A stretch of 57,850 bases of DNA, filler included, from Sphacelaria rigidula (taxonomy: Eukaryota): the NCBI GenBank assembly GCA_964200075.2. It is 3 parts of 3 records of this genome, joined end to end, with 100 filler letters (N's around TTAATTAATTAA, not from the genome) between each part and the next. Parts side by side here need not be neighbours in the genome. Positions count along the whole stretch, not along the records: positions 1 to 19,219 come from CAXNAA020000712.1; 2 more parts are not named here. One strand, given 5' to 3'. Positions 1 to 9,830 of this stretch are shown in pieces. Below the pieces are notes generated by a model. The model saw only the letters and a program-made list of their open reading frames with translations, did no database searches and was not told the origin of the DNA. How positions within the stretch are numbered: the stretch's first letter is position 1; each line of letters opens with the position of its first letter. A program made the position numbers and the translations under genes.

Positions 1-672
1 CGGTGGGGTTTTCGCCGCATATCTGGTTAGCACATACTGACTGAGCCCCATAGGCAATTGCTTGGGCATATCACTAGTGTCGTGAGGGGGCAGACACGGC
101 TTGCACCGAAGCATCGAGACCCGGTTTTTGGGTTTGACGCCAGGTTCATCCGTGGGGAAATCCAAATACAAAAGCTTCTCACCTACGGGCCTACCGCCAG
201 GTGCGGTATCACAGGGCCCAACTGCCGAAATTTTCCAAGGACCAGTCCAATTCAAGCAAAGCTTCGACTTCAACACCTTATCTGACGACGACTTAGCAGA
301 GTTTGCACCTTGGGTTACAGTTCTCACATCGTTATACACCCATGCCCATTCACCCACTTTTCACACCGGACGGTTGTTCACTGCATCATCCAACACGCTC
401 TTTGCCTTAGCTACCGTTGCTGCGTTGATCAAGTTTTGCTCCCGTACCACCTCATATGCAAGACGAAGACGATTACCAACAGACATATGATACTCCACAA
501 TATCCCGATCCAAACTCTGATGACCACCAGGGGGTTTCCTGTCGAACACTGGCAATGGCAACCTGGGCATACGACCAATATGAAATTCATTAGGAGCCAA
601 GCTTGTGGCGGCATTGACGGAGTTGTTGTAGTTCATTTGGACAAGGGGTAAGTGCAGGTCCCAGTCCGTTTG

Positions 673-1140
673 TCACTCTTCGATCACTGTGGCAAGCATT
701 TGCGCCACCGTGTGATTAACTCGTTCGGTCCCACCGTTAGTAGACGGATGGTATGAACTAGTAAAAATACGATGGGCACCCAAGAGATTACTGATCGCGG
801 CAGAAACTTTGCCGAGAAAATGTGGGCCGTTATCGGATAACAAACGTTTGGGGACACCCCACTGAGGGATGTATGTGTACACAAGGACGTTGGCAGTCCC
901 TTCTATATTACAGTTGGCCTCCGAAACAGCATTCATCACAGCATGTCGACTGAACCGATCCGTAAACAACAGAATGTACTTGTCACCACTATCAGTGAGG
1001 GGCAGGGGGCCAGAGTAGTCCGATGACACTATTTCACCAGGCCCATTGGGGAGGGGCATAGAGATTACCGGCCATCTAACTGTTTGACGCGAAGTTTTGC
1101 GTGCTTGGCAAAGAAGACACCGCCGAACCCACCAACGCAC
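673..1140 (-). pseudogene. Gypsy integrase catalytic core (rve), fragment
   Basis: CLLCQARK zinc-finger end, then DYSGP, TDRFSR, LSDNG and NGGTERVN motifs; the frame is broken on both sides. Confidence 0.88.
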
Positions 1141-2299
1141 ACATTAGTCCATACAAATCCACCAAAAAACGCTGAAGCATCTGGGAGGTCCTAGCGATGC
1201 CCAAATGTGTGGATGCTTGTGAGTGGCATTCATGGAGAACCCATGGACGCAGAAGTATCGGAACATAAAAACGTACGGGGGCAACGGGCGTGATTACTTG
1301 TAGGTTTCCCTCCAGGAGGTTTCGTGGGGGGCCGGTGAACTAAAAGAACAACGCCATCATCATCCGTATATAAAGCATGCCTTTACGCGATAATTCAGTA
1401 ACTTCATCCTGTGTGGGGGCTCGGTGGGGTCCTACTGGCAAGAGGAACTCAGTTTCTGGAAAGGGGGAGGGGCATCCTTTGGAAAGATAATGTATAGCTG
1501 CTCTACAAGCAGGTTCAGCTTGCTGTTCCCGGGCCCAATCGGCGTGAGAAAAGAGGGTCAGTTCCTCGAATACACTGTCGGAGGGGTTGCCCAAAACGCA
1601 GGGGATCGAATCGCTGGGGGATGGACACGAGGCGTTATTTGGATCGAGGTCAGAGGGGGTGGTCAGTGTATTCTCAAACGTAACGTTCACCTCTATTCCT
1701 ACGTTGTGGAGGGTGTCGGATGGTGTGGTACCGGAGGTGGTACCACCACGGGGTGGAGGAGGCACAGTCGAGGTCTCGACTATGGTGGGCAGAGGTGGTT
1801 TGGAAGGTGTCGACTTTCTGGGGGCCTTGCGCCGTGGAGGTAACGGAGGCGCAAGGAGGCCATCGGGGACTGGAATGGGGTTGGGGATTGGGAGGTCTGG
1901 GCCGGCCGCTGCCAGGGCAGCAGCCGTTTCCGCGGCCCGGCATCCTCGGGTCCAGCTCGAGATGAGGTCTCGGACTTGAACCGGGGGGATGCAGTCAGTA
2001 GAAACCGGCTCTACAGTGCAAACCATCTGATGACCAAACGCACGAAATTGATCATACCAGCCGGTGGTTGCACGAATTTCACTCCTAACTAAACACAACG
2101 ATCGTGGGGCCAAACTGCCCAATACAGAAGCATGAGCCGAAGGCGTCAGCTTATTTTCGACAAGTGCCGAGTTGTGGTTCAGTGAGAGTGGTGTATAGAG
2201 TCCGCGATGACCATTTGTGCTTATGAAATATACAATGTCTTCGGTGGGGTCTGTGATGCGACCCAAGGCGGAGGTGTCGATGGGTTGGGCTGGTAAGGG

Positions 2300-3700
2300 C
2301 AAGCGTGACAGGAAGTCGGCGTTTGCGTTTTGGGGACCTGTGCGGTACTTCAATGTGAAGCTATAGGAAGACAGGATTTCAAACCAGTGTTGAACTCGGG
2401 CGTTGTGTTCCGCCATTTTGGCGAGGTTTTCCAAAGACTTATGACCTGTATAAATCACAAACGGGAGGTCATACAAATATTGCCGGAGTCGTCGCACTCC
2501 CCAAATAATTGCACCTGCTTCTTGTTCCATAACGGACCAGTTCTGTTCGTTTGGATAGGTGGTTCGGCTGAGATAAACAATGGAACGAACACTAGCATCA
2601 TCTTGTTCCTGTTCCAATGTGCAGCCAAACCCAGTTTTCGAAGAATCCGTGTGCAGTCGGAACGGACGGGAGCCATTTTCAGCAGCTGACTAGTCTGGAA
2701 AACCCAGAATTGGTGGCTTTGACAATGTGTCGAGCTGCTTTCGTACAATCTGTTCTATTGCCGACGTGAACACGAATTTCACCCCCTTCTTGAGGAGGGT
2801 GGTGAGAGGTTTTAGAGCTTGGGCTAAATTTGGCAGATATTGACGGTAGTAACTCAAACCACCGAGTAAAGAGCGCAGTTGAGAGACATCACGTGGCATG
2901 GGCATCTCTCTAAGTGCGGCAACTTTGTCGAGGTTGGGGCTACGACCTTCAGGGCTGATACAATGGCCTAGGAACTCGATGCGCGTGGCTCCAATGCGGG
3001 ATTTAGATGGGGCGAGCTTTAATTTTATTGATCAAAACGAGCAAAGAAGGACGCAAAATGTTCGACGTGTTCAGCAGGTGTACTGCCGTGAACCACCGCA
3101 TTGTCGAGATACATGCGGCATTTGGACAGCCCATCAATGACGCGAAACATCACACGTTGAAACGCTCCTGGGGCGCCGGCGGCACCTTGTGGAGTGACCA
3201 GCCACTCATATAGCCCTGACGGGGTGCAAAGCGCCGTCAGCTCGATAGAGTTCGGATGCATCACCAGCTGGTAGTAAACGGACTGCATGTCGAAGTGCGA
3301 AAACACCTTGCCCCCACCGACGGAGTCGATGATTTCATCTATCCGGGGAAAAGGCAGACGTGCGAGTTTGGTGACTGCGTTCAATCGTTGATAATTGACG
3401 GTCAGTCGGATCTTACCATTCTTCTACCAGACGACTACCAAAGGCGAGGTCCACGGAGACGTTGAGTGCAGTATTAACCCGGCGGACAAGTATTCGTCGA
3501 GAATTACTTGAATTTTGCCCGCTAGAAGAGGGTTTGTGCGGTACGGACGCATGGCGATAGGTGTTGTGCCATCAGGAATGTTTATCTTGAACGATATAGT
3601 GTTGCAGCGGCCTAAATCTGTTCAAGATTTGGAAAACCGTTCAGAGTACCGTATCAAGATGGAGCGCAGCCGATCAATCACCGTGGGTGTCCAACCCTCA
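2300..3700 (-). pseudogene. Gypsy reverse transcriptase plus RNase H, frameshifted
   Basis: RT motifs are split over ORFs 3025-3384 and 2690-2905, with the catalytic YLDD degenerated to YLDN; RNase H sits at the start of ORF 1340-2617. Confidence 0.87.
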
Positions 3701-4002
3701 CCAGATAAATCAAACGCAATGTGTCTCAAATGGGGGGGAATTCATCCCATAATCGTTGAAAACTAACACGTTGCTCTGGTGAGAATGTATCTAGTAAGAC
3801 AGTCGGAGGTTTTGTGTCAGGCGTATCAGTCGATTCGGCTACAACCATGGGGTCAGTCTTGTCGAATGAAGTGGAACCGTGTGTCTCTGAGCTGTCTGAT
3901 GATGTTTGCGGTGGCACCTTCAGGCATACATTCGGCAAGGGTGCCCGTAGGAGGGACGCTTGAGCAAAACCCAACAACTGACCAGGAAGGGCATCGAGAC
4001 AT

Positions 4003-4474
4003 AACACGAAATTCGTGAGATTCAGAGGGTGGTTTCAGATTAAAAGTGAGACCCGAAACAATCGACTTTCCCGTCAATTTTGACATCGCCACAGTTCNNN
4101 NNNNNGAGGAGTAATGCGCCCAGCTGGTGAAGCGGTGGCTTCAATGAAAGCTGTCACCTACACGATCAATTGGACACATCACTTGATCGCAACTACATAG
4201 TCAGTCCATTGCAACAAAAGATCCCCTCTTTCAGGAAAAACCGATAAATTCCTGAAACAGTTTCAGTTCCGAAATGCCCCCCCGGCGTCAAAATGCCTTG
4301 TGCGATATCTCACCAACCAGACCGCCGAATTCCTCGAATGGGGTACTGTACGGTAGCTGCATGCACAGCACGTGTGCTCAAGCAAAACAAAAAGAAAAGA
4401 AGTTGCCTGTTAGGAACGCTAGAGCATCCACTCTGAATCTGAAACTACCCTCTGAATCTCATGAATATAGTGTT
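4003..4474. mobile_element. Non-autonomous TIR DNA element inserted in Gypsy pol; ~46-bp TIRs, 4-bp TSD ACAT
   Basis: Left end AACACGAAATTCGTGAGATTCAGAGGGTGGTTTCAGATT, right end (reverse complement) AACACTATATTCATGAGATTCAGAGGGTAGTTTCAGATT. ACAT at 3999-4002 and 4475-4478. Excision restores the pol frame (PLTSSACLDALPGQLLG). An N gap near 4100 makes the true length unknown. Confidence 0.85.
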
Positions 4475-4762
4475 ACATGCAGAGGACGTGAGGGGAATGG
4501 ATTGCCCACCTTCATGGACAAATACATCGGTCTGATCAAAGGGGGGAATACTGTCTGGGGTTTGGTTGGGATTGGTTGAGTCGACCACGTACTATCCAGT
4601 GAGGGCGGGGGATCCGTTCCGTCTCACAAGATTAACATGGATGTGTTGAGGTTCACGGGACAGAGAGACGATGTGGTCTTCAACACAATACAGTCGAAAA
4701 GCATCACCTTTTTGTGTTGGGTCATCGACATAGGGTTGAGCCCCTGGATCAGCGTCGTGATG

Positions 4763-5452
4763 TCACAATTCTATTGTGCCTGTCAGTGGTCGGTTCAAAA
4801 CAGGTGAGTTCGTCGTGTATGTATGTGTGGAAAAAAGTAGCCGGCTATCACGTCCCAAGAGAACATCAACCGACATGGAACCATCGGGCACAATGAGTGC
4901 CCACACAGCTAATCGTGCAGTGGAACCCGTGTCATCGAAGAATTGCATACTGGGTCGTACTGATTGATCAGCCGTAAGGGGAGTGGAGGCACCAAACCCA
5001 CCAAAAACACGAGGGGGAATAGTAGAAAGGCAATGTGTTTCTGCTGCTCCAGCGTTCAGCATTTGTTGCCAGCAGCTGGATGTAATGAAAGTTTGTGGCG
5101 AGCCAGTGTCGGGCAGTGCAACGGCCATCAAAGAGCGTGTTGTATGCACTCCACTATGTATACCTATTCGAGTTGTGAAGGAAGCGTCATCCATGAGTGC
5201 AGTTCCACTGACCAAGTCCGGTCCAAATTCCGACAATTGATCTGCAGCCACATCGTTCTTGTGTTGTTGTGCAATGGTACTAAAATAGACTCGAGATTGG
5301 TCCTCCGGAACGAATGTGTTTTCCGAAGGGTCGTCGTGGCACGGGGGGGGTTGTAGGGCGTGTGGTGCAGTAGACGAATGTTGGATTTCGTACACAGTCA
5401 GGGATGGACGACGCCTAGGAAAGGAAGTGGATGTGGATGTGGATGTTTGCAA
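4763..5452 (-). pseudogene. Gypsy aspartic protease region
   Basis: VALPDTGSPQTFI active-site motif and downstream DVLLGRD motif. Confidence 0.8.
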
Positions 5453-6647
5453 TGATTGTTCGGAGCTGTGGGAAACAGGGGAGGAACAGTCCTAATTGGA
5501 CTGCAATTTTGACGGCACAGCCGGGGTTTGTCCGGCACCATGAGACATACATGCAGGGCGTAGCGGTTTTACTGTCCCAACAGATATCAACGCTACTTTA
5601 TTCTTCAACATAGAGTCCGAGGGGTCGGCAGGAAGCGGTGCTGATCTGGTCGGGATCTGGGAAACACTGACCTGTTCTACGACAAGGCTTTCATCCGCTG
5701 TGCCCGGCACCCGGGCACCTTCTTGGTGGGCGGATGCAGCGGCAACTACAGTTTTACTTACAGTTTCATCCGGAAGAGCCGTCTCCTGGTGTCGCGTACA
5801 GCGCACTCTAGAGCCGGCTGTTCCAGGGGCTTTTGGGAAGTTGGCAAGGTCAGTCCGTTCGTGGCTACACGCGTGACGCTTGGTCGGCACTGTCGCTTGG
5901 GGTTCCTTCCCAACTCGCTGAGCTACGGAAGCAAGGGTTCAGCACTGGCGCGCGTAGTGCACGAAGAATCACGCTCACCGAATAAAAGGGGACCGGGCAC
6001 ACGCAGAGTTTCGCACGCATGTGTTACCGGGGTCGACTGGACTCCTCAGTCCTTCTCGGGGCTGGAGAGTATTTATAAACGTTGTATCCGACGATGAACG
6101 GTCGTAGGGGTAACAGCTACCGTATCAGGAGATGTACCTGCTTTTAAGGCGGTAGGCGCTACGCTACACGACTGCCGATCCCGCGGGGCGATCGGATCTA
6201 ACTGGCGTTGATTACTACCACTCGGAAATACAACTGGGTGATCAAATCCAGTATGAAAGCACAGGGGTTGGTCATTGCGCATTCGGGAGCCATGCAATGT
6301 TGCACGGGACTGTGCTGTCATGGAACCCGTCATGACAGAACAGTCAACGCTAGCGTAACCACACCACAAGCGAGAACCCACGCTGGCCGACGAGGATTTT
6401 GTTAAGTGGTGATGGTGCACTGGCTGAGTGAAAGAAAATATATTGCCGCGGTTTGTTGTTGAAGGTTGTTGGGGCCCGACTGTGGACCTGTGGTCGACAA
6501 TGAGGTTTGAAGTACAAGTGTTATCAAAATGTAAAGAGGGTGGCCAGGGGGCCAGGCACCCATGAAAGACAGGCGGGGGGGATCTAAGAAGGTACTAGAG
6601 AGAGGGTGTGGACGAGTTGTCCATACCGGAGGCCACGAACTGGACTG

Positions 6648-7062
6648 AACAGAGGATTCTATAAAATGAGGTTCATCAATGAAATGAGGTTCGAGCTCAA
6701 AACAGTACTTTCTCCACGCTTTCAGCGATGGTGCCCAATGACTTTCTTGTCGGCCTAATGCCCCTCGATCGCGTAGATACTTTCTCAGCGCATTTTATCG
6801 ACTCTGTGCGCTTACAGCGCTGTCCGAAACCGCCATTTCTACTTATGGTTTAGGGCGAGTAATATCAAGGAAAAAAGCAGTTTCGGTCAGCGATGTAAGC
6901 TCACAGAGTCGGTAAAGTGCGCTGAAAAAGAATCTACGCAATCAATGGGCATTGGGCCGACAAAAACGTCATTGGGCACCATCGCTGAAAGTATGGAGAA
7001 AGTACTGTTTTGGGCTCGAACCTCATTTCATTGATGAACCTCATTTTATAGAATCCTCTGTT
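6648..7062. mobile_element. Foldback/MITE, ~415 bp and nearly fully palindromic; 4-bp TSD ACTG
   Basis: AACAGAGGATTCTATAAAATGAGGTTCATCAATGAAATGAGG at the left end and its exact reverse complement at the right end. The arms pair imperfectly for roughly 180 bp. ACTG at 6644-6647 and 7063-7066. Confidence 0.88.
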
Positions 7063-7772
7063 ACTGGATGAACACAGGACCTTGGGAAGAGGATGGTACT
7101 GTAGTGCCATCACGGATGTTTGGTTCACATTAATTGTACAGGGTGGGGGTGAATGATGTACAGTCAACACCCAGGTTGGGCACAAAATAAAATGTGCTGC
7201 ACGGTGATCATATCCTGAAACAGCAAGAGACGGTCAACATTAGCTACTGAAGAAGAAAGGGCCGACGGTACATGCCGCGGGGTGGATGTAGCGAAAGGAT
7301 ACACGCTGATACAGTGCCGGTGGTGGTAGAAAAGAGTTGGTAGCTGGTAATGTACGGGCAGCTCATGTGGGGAAAATGTAACGGGGCAGGAGAGTCACGG
7401 TATACATTGGACTCTACACGATGACTCGCATCCGCTACAGAGTAGATGGGTATCATTACAGGGGCGGGTGCCACAGAGAGGCAGGTGGGCCGAGCAGGTG
7501 AGGATGGTGTGGGGGGCAAGTGCTATTGCTCGCGTACGTTCGCGTCGGAGTCGGCGCAGGGTGCGAGCGTCTACTGTCTCAGAAGCCCTTGAACTCATGG
7601 CACCAGGGATAGAGGACAGAGCAACGGCTACAGACGGGTAGACGGTGAACAAACAAACTAGATGCGCACGCAAGGCACACAGTAGTAGTGTAGTATACAC
7701 GACAGTTTGGCAGTCCGAACACAATGCAACTGAAAAGAAAAGGTAGAGCAGAGGCAGTGCGGGAGCTCCAAC

Positions 7773-8444
7773 TGTGATGTGATAAGGGTGAGGCACCTCG
7801 AGAAGGGTGTGATGGTGTTCACCACGATTGATTCCAGGTTCATACCTCTGTGTAAGTTGTTTGTTCACTCAGCTCAGCTGCGCGGGCAGACCACAGTCGC
7901 TCTCGTATATTTCACACAAGGCGACAACAAGCAAATACAGACAAGGGTAGCACCGTTTTTTCACGCAATTGATTGCATCCCATCTTCATCTACAGAACAG
8001 GAAAATATAACACAAACCGAAACAAGCCGAAGCCTCAATCAATAAAACACACCAGACAAAACAGCAGCCCGACTCTGCTCTTATCTCTGGGACTCACTTT
8101 CTCGCGGTTTGTAGATACTCCAATGGGGAAACTGTTGAATTGCAGCCAAAAACCGGAAATGAGAAGAGAGTGAGGCTCATGGGAACTGCTCACAGCTCAA
8201 ACGTGTTTCGCCGCCCCATAATCATCATAAACTGAGGTCATACCAAAAAAGCCAAGAGCCGAGCTCTTCAATACATGCCATGGTTGGGCCACTACCGTTT
8301 TCTGTTCGAATTCAAATACATGCTCTCCGTAGAACGTCAACCCAAGGGGCAGCCAATTTTCCGCTATTCGAATATGAAAATGTCCATCATTCAATGTCAC
8401 CTTTGCCCAAGATCATGGCTACGTCCTGCAGTCACATCATAACA
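7773..8444 (-). repeat. Putative 5' LTR of the Gypsy element, followed by a candidate PBS
   Basis: The minus strand begins TGTTATG (8444) and ends CATCACA (7773), followed after 2 nt by TGGAGCTCCCG. A gag-like ATG (MSSRASETVDAR) lies ~170 nt further on. The partner LTR is not in the window, so this is unconfirmed. Confidence 0.45.
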
Positions 8445-8471
8445 CAATAAACGTACGTAGTACAAATATTT

Positions 8472-8689
8472 TTGACTGTGAGACGACCGAACTTGCTCAG
8501 AAATGGAGACTGACTTGGAAGGATGTAGGAGCACAGCAATTGACTGTTAGACGAACGAACTCGCTCAGAAAAGAAGATTGACATAAACGAACGTAGGAGT
8601 ACAGCAATTGACCGCTAGACGAACGAACTTGCTCAGAAATGGAGACTGACTTGGACGGGCGTGAGGGTACAGAAATTGACTGTTAGATG
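8472..8689. repeat. 68-bp minisatellite, ~3.2 diverged copies
   Basis: The unit TTGACTGTTAGACGAACGAACTTGCTCAGAAATGGAGACTGAC... restarts at 8472, 8540, 8608 and 8676; the last copy is cut by the Copia LTR. Confidence 0.85.
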
Positions 8690-9141
8690 TGTTGGAATAT
8701 TCAATGTCAGTCAGTGGTAACGACTACTATCTATCGTAGGTTATCGTAGACAAGTAAGAAATCATTCAAGCGTTCCAGACACAGTCTGCGGTATATTCTG
8801 CGGTACATTATGTTTCCAGAACAAGTTGTCGGGGGATTAATCGGGAGTTATAGGTTGTAATATCCCGCGAGTGTTCTAGACGTGTGGAAGTTCTGGAAGT
8901 TCATTAGCTGATCGGTAGGCTCGCACACTTGGTGCTCCCCCACCTGATCACTCCTCTACTACTTCTCTTCTCACATACTCTTCTCTTCCATGCGTTAGAG
9001 TCTTCGGCCACATAAGCGCCAAGTTTAACACCTCGATTCTCAAGTGGAGTGACTTAACCGTCCCTCTCTGCACCTCTGCATAAACTGCAGAAGACAATTG
9101 CCACATCGGCACACTATCAAGAGTGAAGCCAAATTCCTTCA
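8690..9141 (+). repeat. Copia 5' LTR (452 bp)
   Basis: TGTTGGAATATTCAATG...AAATTCCTTCA; direct repeat of 14985-15430. Confidence 0.95.
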
Positions 9142-9152
9142 GGTTATGAGCC
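9142..9152 (+). promoter_or_regulatory. Primer-binding site complementary to the tRNA-Met anticodon arm (half-tRNA priming)
   Basis: GGTTATGAGCC directly follows the LTR; its reverse complement GGCTCATAACC contains the CAT anticodon loop. Confidence 0.85.
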
Positions 9153-9830
9153 TCGAGCTCCATCAATAAGCAGAGCAAGGAGTCACAGCGTCGTCAGCGA
9201 TCAACACGTTCTCAAGAGAATTAGCACCGCTCTTCCAAGCAGAAGACGGACATCGCACCAACGGGAACTTCAAGTCCTTTCCCGTTAATAAAATTCAAGT
9301 TCTGTGGAGGTCCATCAAGATCAGGCGCGTCGGCATCATCCACGTCGCCAAGACATCACTACAGCAGTTCAACGGAGTCAGCTCAAGACTACCCCTCCAC
9401 GCTCATCTCGCTAGTGGGCATCTTCGGTCGTCAACAAGAGCGATAATCGACCGCATCACGTCGGCAAGTTCCGAGCTATTCCTCCGCATCTTTGTTGCGT
9501 GAGAGGTTTTTTGAGAAAAGAGAAATACGTCGTCATCAGCAACGACATTTAGCCACGTCGTCTTCAGCTACGACATCATCACTTAGGCAGGTTCTTCTAG
9601 CAACACTAGCCAAGAGGCAAGGACTTCGGATCCATCAAGCCTATCAACTGGCATTCGCAGCCAACAAGCGTAGGTAACTCACACTTGGGTGCATCATCAT
9701 CTTCTGTTGAGCGACTGTCAGTTTCTCTTGGAATATTTCAACGTCATCGTACGACTGCTGTACGAGTACACGTCATCTACACGGACGGCAACAGCAACAG
9801 CAATTACAGCAGTAACAGGATCACCGCAGC

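Larger units (their letters stand above)
1..8444 (-). mobile_element. Decayed Ty3/Gypsy LTR retrotransposon (gag-PR-RT-RH-INT order); 3' end lies outside the window
   Basis: Minus-strand remnants in Gypsy order: protease LPDTGSPQTFI (ORF 4763-5452), RT FPRIDEIID...FSHFDMQSVYYQ...PQGAAGAPGAFQR...MYLDN (3025-3384) and LRSLLGGLSYYR (2690-2905), RNase H YLSRTT...EAGAIIWGV...NANADFLSR (~2300-2617), integrase DYSGPLP...DRFSR...SDNGPHF...NGGTERVN (673-1140). Many stops and frameshifts. Confidence 0.9.

Noticed and set aside
8472..8689. CRISPR-like appearance of the 68-bp array (also the 76-bp array at 38636)
   Set aside because: Whole units repeat with no unique spacers, there are no cas genes, and the context is eukaryotic.
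8948..9178. Duplicated small ORF (also 15195-15461)
   Set aside because: Antisense reading of the two Copia LTRs.
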